Notes under the pieces: generated by a model | Databases searched by the model: none | Seen by the model: only the letters and a program-made list of their open reading frames with translations | What the model was told of the DNA's origin: nothing | Shown here: positions 28,810 through 39,027 of the stretch, in pieces | Numbering within the stretch: position 1 is the first letter of the stretch | Layout of the letters: each line of letters begins with the position of its first letter | Origin: an uncultured Acidimicrobiaceae bacterium | GTDB lineage: Bacteria; Actinomycetota; Acidimicrobiia; Acidimicrobiales; RAAP-2 | Length of the DNA stretch: 64,000 nt | NCBI GenBank assembly: GCA_963756625.1 | Contig: CAVWNQ010000003.1 | Span: 332,102 to 396,101 of the forward strand | Reading direction: 5' to 3' | Made by a program: the position numbers and the translations under genes

Positions 28810-29307
28810 GTGACGAGCGAGGCCCCCTCGCCGTCACCAGGCGCTGCGGCGGCCCTAGGCCGCCGGATGCGGACCCGTTTCGCGGTCCATCTTCTCCTGC
28901 TGGCCACCTTTGCTGCCTCGCTGGCCACCGTGACGTTGCTCACTGAGGGCTGGCCGCACCTCGTCGTCGGACTGGCGTTCGTGGCCCTGGTCGGTCTGCA
29001 CGTGGTGCAACGCCGCCACACCGTGGCGCGGTTGCTCGGGAACCTCGGACGCGCCCGCACGTGGTTCCGCCGCCGGGGGAGACTGGCGTGGTCGGACGTG
29101 GGCCTCGCCGTGTTGGCCCTCAACGTGCTCGTTTCGGGGACCTACGATCTGCTCTCGGGCAACCAGGTGATCCTCCATCCACGCAGTGTCGGGATCCCGT
29201 TCCGCGACATCGGGTGGCACGTGGCGTCCGCGCTCGTGCTGCTCGTGTACCTGTGCGTGCACGTCGCCCGCCGCTGGCGCCGCATCCGTCGCTCGGCCAT
29301 CCGCTGA
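28810..29307 (+). CDS. Hypothetical membrane protein
   Basis: 165 aa with four hydrophobic helices (FAVHLLLLATFAASLATVTLL, LVVGLAFVALVGLHVV, VGLAVLALNVLVSG, ASALVLLVYLCVHV). Confidence 0.5.
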   Translation: MTSEAPSPSPGAAAALGRRMRTRFAVHLLLLATFAASLATVTLLTEGWPHLVVGLAFVALVGLHVVQRRHTVARLLGNLGRARTWFRRRGRLAWSDVGLAVLALNVLVSGTYDLLSGNQVILHPRSVGIPFRDIGWHVASALVLLVYLCVHVARRWRRIRRSAIR

Positions 29308-29338
29308 TGCTTCTCGCTGGCAGCAGGGGAGAGCGGCC

Positions 29339-30601
29339 CTACGACTCGGATGTCACTCCGAAGCGCTCGGTGTAGAAGGAGAGGGCCTTTCTGCGCCCGC
29401 GGGCGTCGAGGCCGAACTGGCTGAGGTCGTAGAGGACGGCGCCGTGGCGACCCCGGGGATGTTCCGTCATGAAGGAGGCCATGGACGACCTCGCCCGATC
29501 GTCCAGAGGCTGGCCCGCCAGGTCGTAGACGCGACCGACCATGGCGAGGTCGTCCGCCATGAACTCGTCGAAGTGCACGTCGATGGTCTGGTCTGCCGGG
29601 AGGACGTGGTGCTCCTCGGCGCAGCGGCTCAACATCAACTCGAGACGGTCGGCCCAGTAGTGTCCGATCCCCTCGACGTCCACGTGGTCGCGGGTGAGGC
29701 GGGCGCTGTAGGCGAGCATCGTCACCATGGACGCAGTGACCGACACCGGGTCGCGGTGCGTGACCACGAAGGTGGCGTCGGGGAACGTCTCGACCAGCGC
29801 GGGGAACTGCTCGAGGTGCTGGGGAGACTTGAGCACCCAGCGGGTCCCGCCGCGGAGCCACTGGAGCACCTGGAGGATCTTGCGCAGGTAGCGGTAGGAC
29901 GGGCGCTGGTCCCGCGCCAGATAGTGGTCGCGCCACAGAGGCATGGGTGCGGTGGTCTCGAAGAGCATGGTCGAGAAGTCGATGGCCAGGAGCTGGATTT
30001 CCTCGTGTGTGTGCTCGACGGTCATCTCGTGCATGCGGCTGAAGTAGGGCATGGCAACGTCGAGGAACGACAAGGCGAGTGCCGTGCGCGCCAACCGGGG
30101 GTCCGGCGTTCCGGACGCCGGCGCCTCGCTCTCGGCGAGGACGGGTTCGAGGCTCTCCCAGTAGGGGAGTGATCGGAGCGCGGGGTCGGCCGACATCAGG
30201 TTGTGCAGGTGCGTGGTGCCGGTGCGGGGGAGCCCGCAGATGATGATCGGCGCAACGATCTGCTGGTCGAGGATTTCCGGGTGTCGCCGGACGAGGTCCT
30301 CGATGAGGAGCCGGTTCTTCAGGAGCCCGACGATGAGCGTGTGCTGTTGCATGATGCCGGCGTCGTTGAACCCGCCTTCTTCGCGCATGGCCTGGCACAG
30401 GACGTCCAGCCGTTCGACGTGGTCCGCAGGACCGAAGTCGGCGAGTCCGCTCTCCGCGCTGGCTACGTCCCGGAGAGCGCCGGGATCGAGCGTGAGCCGC
30501 GAGCCGGCGTCCGCCATGAGGTCGAGGATGGCCCGGACGTCCCCGGTGAAGGCGGGCTCCGCAAGGTCGTCGATGCGGACCGGGGGCGGTCGCTGGCTCA
30601 T
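29339..30601 (-). CDS. Sulfotransferase family protein
   Basis: MSQRPPPVRIDDL...IIICGLPRTGTTHLHNLM (PAPS 5'-phosphate-binding loop) ...WVLKSPQHL...VVTHRDPVSV. The ATG overlaps the upstream stop (ATGA). Confidence 0.75.
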   Translation of the reverse strand: MSQRPPPVRIDDLAEPAFTGDVRAILDLMADAGSRLTLDPGALRDVASAESGLADFGPADHVERLDVLCQAMREEGGFNDAGIMQQHTLIVGLLKNRLLIEDLVRRHPEILDQQIVAPIIICGLPRTGTTHLHNLMSADPALRSLPYWESLEPVLAESEAPASGTPDPRLARTALALSFLDVAMPYFSRMHEMTVEHTHEEIQLLAIDFSTMLFETTAPMPLWRDHYLARDQRPSYRYLRKILQVLQWLRGGTRWVLKSPQHLEQFPALVETFPDATFVVTHRDPVSVTASMVTMLAYSARLTRDHVDVEGIGHYWADRLELMLSRCAEEHHVLPADQTIDVHFDEFMADDLAMVGRVYDLAGQPLDDRARSSMASFMTEHPRGRHGAVLYDLSQFGLDARGRRKALSFYTERFGVTSES

Positions 30602-31665
30602 ACCGTGTCCACCGGAAGGACCTCGACCTGGGGTTGCTCGGGGGTTTCCGACGGCAGGAACCAGCGGAACCAGATGCGCCCCGAACGGTGGCCCGCCGTC
30701 GAGACCCAGTTGGGATGGGCCGGACGGCGCGCCGAGACGACGATGATCCACGAGCCGTCGCTCTCGTACTCGGCTTCGGCCCCGTTGATCGTCACCCGCT
30801 CGTAGTCGTAGTTGTACGTGTGCAGCAGCCGGTTCCACAGGCACATGTTCCAGAACACACACTCGGGGGAACGACCGCGGATGACGAGGGCCTCGTCGTC
30901 CTGGAGCTCGAAGGCTCCCATGGCGTATGCGGCGTCACCGGCGGCCCATCCGAAGGTGGTAGTGGGCACGGGATAGGGAGGGTCGATGGCGTTCGGCGTA
31001 CCCAGCGGGATGGGGACGATGCCCGCCTGCTCGCGGACCCACGTCGTCATAGCCCGCAGGCGCCGCGCCAGGTCTGTGTCGTCCTGGCGGTAGACCTCGG
31101 GAGGATCGTCCGCCGTGATCTCCCAGCTGGCCCGTCTGCCGGTGCGGGGATCGTCGAGGTAGTCGCGGGTGATGGCGGCCACGGCGTCGTGCTCCAATCG
31201 GATGAAGGCGACGTCGGGCTCGGTCGGCTCTTCAGGGGACAGCACGACGTGAATGGTGCCGTCGGGACGTCGAGCGGCGTGGACGCTGTTGACCGCGCCG
31301 ACGATCCGCTCTGAGTACCGGCCGTCGTCGGGGCCGCCGTAGACGGTGAGGGACATGTAGACCGCGTCGCCTGGATGGATGACGACCCGATAGGTACGGG
31401 CGGGATCGATGGGTGCGTAGCAGTAGAACGCGTCGGCGTTGTCTCCACCCCACTTCTTGTACGGGCCGACGATCTCCACGAAGCGGGGACGGGCGGTGTC
31501 GGCCCATAACTGCACTTCGCCCGCGACCTGGAGGATCGAAAGGATCCACTTGTGCGCCTCGAGCAGCGTGGTCTCGTCATCGGCCAGCTGCTCGACCATG
31601 CGGGTGTGAGTCGCGCTGACCGCATCGAGCAGTTCGGTGAAGGCGGTCTCCGTCTCGGTCGTCAT
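30598..31665 (-). CDS. DUF1214-type protein of unknown function
   Basis: 355 aa intact: ...FYCYAPIDPARTYRVVIHPGDAVYMSLTVYGG...RGRSPECVFWNMCLWNRLLHTYNYDYERVTING.... The family assignment is from memory of the sequence pattern, not a search. Confidence 0.55.
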   Translation of the reverse strand: MTTETETAFTELLDAVSATHTRMVEQLADDETTLLEAHKWILSILQVAGEVQLWADTARPRFVEIVGPYKKWGGDNADAFYCYAPIDPARTYRVVIHPGDAVYMSLTVYGGPDDGRYSERIVGAVNSVHAARRPDGTIHVVLSPEEPTEPDVAFIRLEHDAVAAITRDYLDDPRTGRRASWEITADDPPEVYRQDDTDLARRLRAMTTWVREQAGIVPIPLGTPNAIDPPYPVPTTTFGWAAGDAAYAMGAFELQDDEALVIRGRSPECVFWNMCLWNRLLHTYNYDYERVTINGAEAEYESDGSWIIVVSARRPAHPNWVSTAGHRSGRIWFRWFLPSETPEQPQVEVLPVDTV

Positions 31666-32129
31666 CTGCCCCCCGGCGTTCTTGGCGTGGCGCTGATCTT
31701 AGGGAGCGCGAGCAGGACCGTTCGGAGACTGTCCTTGGTGCCTCTGGCGCCGGAGCCTTTCTCCCCTGCGCGGTCGACTGTCGCAGCTCAGAGGGTCAGC
31801 TAATGAATCGCATACGCTCGCGTCACCTTGGTGGGATCTCGACACCGTGCGAGCCCGATCGGAGGATCGTCATTCATGTCTGTGTCGATTGGCGGCACCG
31901 CATCGAGATCCACACCGGCAGGACCCATCACCGACAAGCCAACGTCCTCCCGGTCCGCCGTACGCCCAGATTGCCTAGGCGGCAACCCTCGACGAGCCCA
32001 CTGACACTGTCGGCTGCGCTGCGAGGAGCGCCCTCCGGCAGTTTCGGCACACCTCTGAACTTCGTAGAAGGAGTGGTCGACCGACGAAATTCTGGACACT
32101 CGCGCTCACGCACCGCCACGTGGGCAAGA

Positions 32130-32465
32130 ATGCCTGTGATGGCGTTTGGTCAACAGTCAGGTCCACCGGCCTCGGCAACGCAGATGCGGGAGCTGCTGGC
32201 TCTCCTCAAGGATGCCGGTCATAGCGACTTTCGCGACGCGCGCGGCCCCATGGGTTTCACCCAGCGTCAGGCCGGAGGCAAGTTCACTCGTGACGAAGCG
32301 GCAGCCGTTATCACCCAACTCATGGACGCAGAGTCTGACGGAAGTATTGCCGTTGCCACGCCCGCGTGGCGGCAATCCGCCCAAGAGCAAACCGTGAAGG
32401 CGATGCCTTCCGAACACCTCGCGCGTGAGCTTCGTCGTCGCGGATGGACGGTCATCGAACCCTAG
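32130..32465 (+). CDS. Hypothetical protein
   Basis: MPVMAFGQQSGPPASATQMRELLALLKDAGHSDFRDARGPMGFTQRQAGGKFTRDEAAAVITQLMDAE...; no family recognised. Confidence 0.35.
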   Translation: MPVMAFGQQSGPPASATQMRELLALLKDAGHSDFRDARGPMGFTQRQAGGKFTRDEAAAVITQLMDAESDGSIAVATPAWRQSAQEQTVKAMPSEHLARELRRRGWTVIEP

Positions 32466-32982
32466 TTGTTCGGTCCCGTTCGGTAAGAGCCCAGCCGTAC
32501 AGGAGCACCGGAGGCGACTGGCGTTTGCTATTCGCCGATCGGCTGGTCAATCGGTACGGGTCGCACTTGAAAGCCGCCGGTACGGATTTGTAGAGGACTG
32601 TCAATTGATGAGTCTGGTTCTTGATTCTTTGGATCCGGTTCTGTGGGATCAGCCTGATCCTCGATAACCCTGACGTGCGCCGACGCCGCTCCTAGTGCGA
32701 CGTCCCGTTCGGATGCCTCAGCCAACTGTTCGAGCTGACGTTTTTCCCGACGGCGCCGAAGGGGGCCGCCCCTTGGCGTAGGTAGATCGCCCTGGGCCAT
32801 GAGCTGAGCCTAGGGGCTGGTGTGGGGAGCGCGGTGGATTTGCCTTCGGTGGACGGCGTTTGGGCAGCGTGTCAAAGAGTCGCTCCACCCCCCACGGCGT
32901 ACCGGGCGCCCAGACTCGTGAGATCGATCGGGCCTCCGGAGTGTTGCTGCGGGTTTGGATGTAGCCGTTCGATGGGCGGAAC

Positions 32983-33786
32983 ATGATCCCGACCAGGCAG
33001 ACTGGGAGCGTGGGTGATTCAGCTACGTTCCGACTCGATGGCCATGTGGCCACCATCACCTATAACCGACCAGACGCTCTCAACGCCATCAACGCCGAGA
33101 TGAGGCGCGACCTCAATGACGCCTTCTCGCGGTTTCGTGACGACGAGGAAGCATGGGTGGCGATCGTCACAGGTTCGGGACGCGCTTTCTGCGTGGGCGC
33201 CGACTTACGTCAGGGCGCTGGGTCGGCGGGGAAGTTCCCAGGCACGTTCTGGGAGAAGCCGACGCTGAATTCCTTTGAGAGCGGATGGGAGATCTTCAAG
33301 CCGGTCATTGCTGCTGTGAACGGATACTGCCTGGGTTACGGGCTCACGCTTGCCACCTGGTGCGATTTCGTCGTGGCGAGTGACCGAGCCGAATTCGGTC
33401 TTCCAGAAGTCAGCCTCGGAGTCCCGGCGATCGTGGCGTCGATACGCCTGCCGCAGCGCATCAATTGGGCCGATGCGATGGAGCTCTTGCTGACGGGGGA
33501 GCGGGTCGACGCCGAGCGAGCAAAGGCGATGGGTCTGGTCTGGAAAGTCGTCCCCCATGACACTCTGTTGGATGAGGCCGGTGTACTGGCAAGACGTCTT
33601 CTTGGCGGAGCACCTTCGGCTCAGCGGGCCATGAAGGAGATGGCGATGCGCACGCGCCACATGGCGACGCTGGAGGCCATCCGCTTCGGCGAGACCATGC
33701 GGCACGTCGCCGCGGCGACACATGACGCGGCTGAAGGCTTTCAGGCAGCCGCTGAGCACCGTCCACCGCGCTGGACCGGACGATGA
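32983..33786 (+). CDS. Enoyl-CoA hydratase/isomerase family protein
   Basis: Intact 267 aa: ATITYNRPDALNAIN...IVTGSGRAFCVGADL...IAAVNGYCLGYGLTLA...FGLPEVSLGV. Confidence 0.85.
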   Translation: MIPTRQTGSVGDSATFRLDGHVATITYNRPDALNAINAEMRRDLNDAFSRFRDDEEAWVAIVTGSGRAFCVGADLRQGAGSAGKFPGTFWEKPTLNSFESGWEIFKPVIAAVNGYCLGYGLTLATWCDFVVASDRAEFGLPEVSLGVPAIVASIRLPQRINWADAMELLLTGERVDAERAKAMGLVWKVVPHDTLLDEAGVLARRLLGGAPSAQRAMKEMAMRTRHMATLEAIRFGETMRHVAAATHDAAEGFQAAAEHRPPRWTGR

Positions 33787-33912
33787 GCAGCGTGGACCCT
33801 TCGTTGTTCTCTGATATCGCGGACATGGCCCGGCAACGGGGCTACCCCGTCCGAGCTCAGATGTGTCGGTAACCGCCTGCGCGTACCCGGGACCGTGGGC
33901 GCGCTTCTCGCG

Positions 33913-34887
33913 TCAGCCACCGCCAGTCGGCCGAACCCAGTGCGCCTCGGCGAAGCGCCGTATCTCCGCGAATCGCTCGGCGTCCTCCGGGGCCATTCCC
34001 AGGAACCCGCCGTGACCGGCTGCCTCCCACACGTGGAGTTCCGCCTCATTTCCGGCCCTCAGCAGAGCCCGATGCATCCGCACATTGTCGGAGAGGAGCC
34101 TGTCGCGCGTGCCGCTAAGGAGAATGACGGGCGGAAATCCTGTGAGCTCACCGAAGAGCGGTGAGATGTAGGGCTCCCGGCGGTCGTGTCGCCCGGCATA
34201 GAGCTCGGTGCACGGCTCGACCGCTCCAGACAGAACGTTGTCGAGGCCATCGTTGGTCTGCCAGGAGTCTCCCGAACCCGTCAGATCGAACGCGCCGGTG
34301 TTGAACACCACGGCCGCAGGCAGAGGGAGTCCTTCGTCGCGCGCCCGCAGGATGAGCGCCGCCGCCAGGTTGCCTCCCGCAGATGTTCCTCCGACGATGA
34401 TCTCGCTTGGATGGCGTTCGTCCAAGAGCACCTGATATGCCCGAAGGCAGTCGTCGAGAGGGGTGGGAAACGGGTAGTCAGGCGGCATCCTGTAGTCCAC
34501 CGTCCAGGCGCGAACTCCGATCGCATTGGCCGAGGCAATCGTCGTCCTCTTGCACAAGTCGCCACCACCGAGGACCCAAGCGCCGCCGTGAATGTCGAGG
34601 AACACACGACGGTCATTTTCCTCGACGCCGTTCGGCGTCACTACGTAAAGGAGGCACGCCCCAATGTCCCGCTCCTCGATGTCGCCCGCGAACCCGGCGG
34701 TTGCATCACCTATCATCGAGCGCACGAAGCCGTCGGTCTCCTCGACGTAGGTCTTCCACGCCTGGGTGTCGTCAAGCGCGGGGAGCTCTCTCGGTGGCGG
34801 GCCGAGCCGTCCCATGGCCAGGACCGCCTGAGCTTCTTGGCTGACCGAGTTTGGGACCGGTATCGCTCGGGCCTGCATGTGAACCAT
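33913..34887 (-). CDS. Alpha/beta hydrolase (HSL-type esterase/lipase)
   Basis: HGGAW oxyanion motif (FLDIHGGAWVLGG) and GTSAGG nucleophile elbow. ATG 34887 is preceded by GGAGAA; the track start at 34908 is TTG. Confidence 0.8.
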   Translation of the reverse strand: MVHMQARAIPVPNSVSQEAQAVLAMGRLGPPPRELPALDDTQAWKTYVEETDGFVRSMIGDATAGFAGDIEERDIGACLLYVVTPNGVEENDRRVFLDIHGGAWVLGGGDLCKRTTIASANAIGVRAWTVDYRMPPDYPFPTPLDDCLRAYQVLLDERHPSEIIVGGTSAGGNLAAALILRARDEGLPLPAAVVFNTGAFDLTGSGDSWQTNDGLDNVLSGAVEPCTELYAGRHDRREPYISPLFGELTGFPPVILLSGTRDRLLSDNVRMHRALLRAGNEAELHVWEAAGHGGFLGMAPEDAERFAEIRRFAEAHWVRPTGGG

Positions 34888-35245
34888 GAGTTTCTTCTCC
34901 TGTGTCAAGAAACGGAGCCAGACATGGGGTGATCGTACAGATCCCTTGTGCTCAGATCCGACGAACCGGGCAGGTCCTCGAACCTGGATGCGCAGCTACG
35001 TCAACGGGTACGGATGGCCGAGGTCGTGAAGATCGGCCAGCGAGGCTCCGGTCAGGTCGCCGACACTTTCATTTCCCCACCACACGTGGCCGTGAACCAA
35101 AGAGGCAGTGTTCCAAACTGGTTCGACAGGCCAAAAGGGAGGGAGACTTCTCTCGCGGCATCGAGAGTCACTTTCTGGGTTCGAGGACGAGTTCGGAAGC
35201 GCGCAAATGCGCTGTCCGACATTCGGAATGCAACCTCGTTCGACC

Positions 35246-35488
35246 TCAGGGGGCCATACCGCTATCGACCCAACGTTGAAAGAGTTGCACGCGCTCGGGC
35301 GGCCACGCGCCGTCGCATGGCATCGAGCCATTCTTCACGTGTTCCAAGATGTCGGAAGCGTGCGCGTGCACGTCGTCGAAAGACCAAAGATCAAACGCTC
35401 TTTCCATAGACTGCCGGTCATGCTGCCTGAAGAGCGGCTTGATGTCCGTCGCGAAGCTCAAGCGGTCGTCGTTCGAAGGAGAATCCAC
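35246..35488 (-). CDS. Small conserved hypothetical protein (80 aa)
   Basis: VDSPSNDDRLSFATDIKPLFRQHDRQSMERAFDLWSFDDVHAHASDILEHVKNGSMPCDGAWPPERVQLFQRWVDSG; GTG start. Confidence 0.5.
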   Translation of the reverse strand: MDSPSNDDRLSFATDIKPLFRQHDRQSMERAFDLWSFDDVHAHASDILEHVKNGSMPCDGAWPPERVQLFQRWVDSGMAP

Positions 35489-35662
35489 TAACCCAATTTA
35501 GCCCCGGCGGACCGCCCAGCGCAGCCTCTCACGGTGTTCGGGTCGGACCATTGTCCAGGATCAGCGGAGCGGTGGATAGTTGAAGAATGGACTCCGCCGT
35601 TGTGACATGCAGAAGGCACGCTCTACGGTGGAAGTCAAAGACTCGCAGGAGACAGGATCCCC

Positions 35663-36550
35663 ATGGCCGACGAGCAAACGGCGGCTGCGGAAGGCAGCGC
35701 TGCACGGGTCGCCCTCTGGCAAGCCTTGCATGTCCAGATCGATTCGCCGCCCCACGTGCTTGACGACGAAATCGGACTGCTTCTGGCCGCGCCCAACAAC
35801 GGTTGGCGCAGCCGCCCCGACATGGATCCCGCCGGTACCCGCTGGTTTCGGGCAGGCATTGTTGCCCGTGCCCGATTCGTAGAGGATCTCGTGGCGGACC
35901 AAGCAGATCTAGGCGTCGCCCAATACGTCATCCTGGGCGCCGGGCTGGACACTTTCGCTCAGCGTAAGCCGGAGATCGTCTCGCGCCTTCGGGTGTTCGA
36001 GGTCGATCAGTCCGGCCCCCAGGAGTGGAAGCGTCGGCGCTTGATTGAGCTCGGCTTCGGTATTGCGGAGTGGCTGGTGTTGGTACCCGTCGATTTCGAA
36101 GCAGGCGGGTTCTGGTGGGACCAATTGGCCGCTTCAGGCTTCGATTCCAGCCAGCCCGCGGTTGTCGTCTCCACTGGTGTCTCCATGTACCTCACCAAAG
36201 ACGCCAACGCCGCCTCCCTGCGCCAGATCGCCGGAGGACTCGCGGCCGGGTCGACATTCGCAATGACCTTCCTGTTACCGCCCGAACTCTTCGATGACGA
36301 CCTTCAATCTGGTTTCGAGGCGGCCGAGAGAGGTGCGCGGGCGGCCGGAACGCCATTCGTCCGCTTCTACAGCGCGAACGAAATCCTTGAACTGGCACGT
36401 GGGGCCGGGTTCCAAGACGCTCAACACGTTTCAGCAGCCGAGCTCAGCAAGCTTTACTTCACCGGCAGGACAGACGGTCTACGGACGCTGACCGGGGAAG
36501 AGCTGCTGGTCGCGATCACGGAGCGGTCGACTTCCAACGAACGCTCATAA
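35663..36550 (+). CDS. Class I SAM-dependent methyltransferase (Leu carboxyl/O-methyltransferase, mycobacterial TIGR00027-like)
   Basis: ...ARARFVEDLVADQADLGVAQYVILGAGLDTFAQR...RVFEVDQSGPQEWKRRRL...AVVVSTGVSMYL. Confidence 0.75.
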   Translation: MADEQTAAAEGSAARVALWQALHVQIDSPPHVLDDEIGLLLAAPNNGWRSRPDMDPAGTRWFRAGIVARARFVEDLVADQADLGVAQYVILGAGLDTFAQRKPEIVSRLRVFEVDQSGPQEWKRRRLIELGFGIAEWLVLVPVDFEAGGFWWDQLAASGFDSSQPAVVVSTGVSMYLTKDANAASLRQIAGGLAAGSTFAMTFLLPPELFDDDLQSGFEAAERGARAAGTPFVRFYSANEILELARGAGFQDAQHVSAAELSKLYFTGRTDGLRTLTGEELLVAITERSTSNERS

Positions 36551-36598
36551 GCACTCTCAGTGTCCCGCTGACCGCGCGATCTGGGCAGCCTCGGCACT

Positions 36599-37426
36599 AT
36601 GGTCGGCGGCATGCAGATCGGTGCCGTGACGATCGAGGGCGTCTCTGATGGGAGCGTGCAGGCGCCACCATCGCTCCTGTTCAACAAAACTGATCAGGAT
36701 TGGCTACCGCACTCCCAGTTCCTCGACAGGGATGGGATGCTGCCCATCCAGATGGGCGGGTTTCTCGTGCGCAGCGGGGACCGCCTAGCACTCGTCGATA
36801 CCGGGATAGGTCCGCACGCAGCTCCGGAGCGGACGGGGAGCTTCATGAAGAACCTGATCGCTCTGGGAGTCGAGCCGTTGGAGATCACCGATGTCGTCCT
36901 CACTCACTTGCATTTCGATCACCTCGGGTGGGCAACCGACGGAGAGCGTCGCCTGTTCGGCAACGCCACATACCGGTGCCACGAGGCGGACTGGGCATTC
37001 TTCATGGGCTCGACCCCCTTCGATGACAGCCTGGCCATTTCCTCGATGGGTGGCCGAGCGTCGTCGGAGTTGCTTCCTCCCATTGCAGAGCGCCTCGTGA
37101 CGTGGAGCGGGGACGGGACGATCCTGCCTGGCATGGACGTGCGCAGCGCCCCCGGTCACACGCCCGGCAGCACCGTCATTGTGATTTCGTCCGGGACCGA
37201 GCGAGCCATGCTGCTCGGTGACGTCGTGCACTGTCCCGCCGAGCTCCTCAGCGACGACTGGGAGATGGTTGGTGACGTCGACAAACACCTTGCGCAGCGG
37301 TCACGTGAGGCTCTGGCCAGAGAGCTCGAAGGCTCGAACATCCCAGCCGCGGCGTCTCACTTCCCAGGACTCCAATTCGGTCGGCTTCTCGCGGCTGAAG
37401 GCCGTCGCCAATGGACGTTTGGCTGA
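36599..37426 (+). CDS. MBL-fold metallo-hydrolase (lactonase-like)
   Basis: HLHFDHLGW (HxHxDH), APGHTPGS, GDVVHCP. Confidence 0.8.
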   Translation: MVGGMQIGAVTIEGVSDGSVQAPPSLLFNKTDQDWLPHSQFLDRDGMLPIQMGGFLVRSGDRLALVDTGIGPHAAPERTGSFMKNLIALGVEPLEITDVVLTHLHFDHLGWATDGERRLFGNATYRCHEADWAFFMGSTPFDDSLAISSMGGRASSELLPPIAERLVTWSGDGTILPGMDVRSAPGHTPGSTVIVISSGTERAMLLGDVVHCPAELLSDDWEMVGDVDKHLAQRSREALARELEGSNIPAAASHFPGLQFGRLLAAEGRRQWTFG

Positions 37427-37574
37427 AGCTCGTTGCTGGCGCTCTAGGGCAGTCCGTCCTGACAGGAGAGACGATTCATCGGCTCGCGTCATCTCCCGGC
37501 GAACCCGGGCACCGGGCGATCCACGAAATGCAGCCGTCCTTGTGCGAAGCACGAAGCAAGATGAGGACGTCGAC

Positions 37575-38540
37575 GTGACCGTCCGGGTTCTCGGCACCGG
37601 GGGGACGATCGCCGCCTCCCTCCAAGGTGACGACCTGAGGTTGCTGCCGGTTGCAGATCTCTGCCGGGAGTTGCCGAGCGGACTGCCGTCAACGGAGACG
37701 CTTGACCTCGAACGAGTATCCAGCTCCGCACTGCAGTCTTCGGACATGCTCGTCATCGCCCATGAGGTGCGCCGCAGTCTTCGGGCCGGGGTTGAGGGAG
37801 TGGTTGTCACTCATGGAACCGACACCTTGGAAGAGACCGCCTTCCTCACGGATTTGCTCGTCGGAGATGATTCGGACCTCGGCGGAGTCGTCTTCACCGG
37901 TGCGATGCGCCTTCGCTCCCACACCAGTCCCGATGGTCCGCGGAACCTCTCAGACGCCGTTCGGCTGGCGGCGTGTCCCGCGGCACGAGGCTTGGGTGTC
38001 CTGGTGACCTTTGGCGGGGAGATCCATGGCGCCCGATCGGTCTCAAAGGCAACCACATCGGGTCTCCAACCCTTTTTCTCACCAAGCGGTGCGATCGGTC
38101 GAATGGGCGAACACGAGATCGACCTCGATGTCGTGCCAGGCCCCCGTTGGCCGAGCGGGAACGACGCTGAGACCCGAGTGGCCCTCGTGAAGGCCTATCC
38201 CGGAATGTCGGGATCCGGACTCGAGGCCTTGCTCCTCGAAGATGTTCGAGGTGTGGTTATCGAAGGATTCGGTGTCCTGAACGTGCCCAAGACACTCCTC
38301 CCGGCCATTGCGCATGCGATCGGCGACGGGGTGGCTGTGGTCATTGCGTCTCGTGCACGCACCTCGGGTGGACTGGATCAAGGACCTCGGGGTCACCGCG
38401 TTCTCCACAACCTTGGAGCGGTTGGTTCCTACGGGCTGTCCCCTGGCAAGGCATGGGTTGCGCTCATGGTTGGTTTGGCGCGAACGGATGGCTCTGCATC
38501 AGAACTACGGGCCTGGATCGAATCCATCACACGAGGCTGA
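37575..38540 (+). CDS. L-asparaginase
   Basis: VTVRVLGTGGTIAA (catalytic TGGT), VVVTHGTDTLEETAF (HGTDT); GTG start. Confidence 0.8.
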   Translation: MTVRVLGTGGTIAASLQGDDLRLLPVADLCRELPSGLPSTETLDLERVSSSALQSSDMLVIAHEVRRSLRAGVEGVVVTHGTDTLEETAFLTDLLVGDDSDLGGVVFTGAMRLRSHTSPDGPRNLSDAVRLAACPAARGLGVLVTFGGEIHGARSVSKATTSGLQPFFSPSGAIGRMGEHEIDLDVVPGPRWPSGNDAETRVALVKAYPGMSGSGLEALLLEDVRGVVIEGFGVLNVPKTLLPAIAHAIGDGVAVVIASRARTSGGLDQGPRGHRVLHNLGAVGSYGLSPGKAWVALMVGLARTDGSASELRAWIESITRG

Positions 38541-38629
38541 TCGGGAACCTCATCGCGAGAGCGATTTGTCAGCCGTCAAATGGTCGACGTTCGGCGGCAA
38601 TCGCAGAAGTTTCTGCTCCATCCTTGGCG

Positions 38630-38960
38630 CTATCGGGCGCCCATCACATCTTGCATCTGCGCCGTGTCCTCGAATTGCTGAAAGCTCGTCACTTCGCCGT
38701 CGCGAAACTTGAATAATGGCAGACCTGCGCGTCCAAAGTCTTGCCGGTAGCGTCGAGCTCGCCGTACGAAGGTGCCGTCAAAGTCTGCTCCGATCTTCAC
38801 GAACAAGTTCTGCACGATCGCATCTTTGGCCCCTCCGAGCGTTGCCGTACGGCTGGTACGGATTCCCCTCTGTCTCGCTCCATTCGATGTCGGGATCGAT
38901 CAGGCCCAAAAGGGTGGGAAGGCAGTCGTACGCATCTCGAATCACCTCGACGTTGCCCAT
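38630..38960 (-). pseudogene. SnoaL/NTF2-like small protein with one frame break near 38830
   Basis: MGNVEVIRDAYDCLPTLLGLIDPDIEWSETEGNPYQPYGN joins, after a 1-nt shift, to GAKDAIVQNLFVKIGADFDGTF...LFKFRDGEVTSFQQFEDTAQMQDVMGAR*. Confidence 0.5.
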
Positions 38961-39027
38961 TACTCGACCTTCTCTGGCTGCTTCTTCGGAAACCGTAGAG
39001 GAGTTCTTTATTCTTTCCACTCGACCC

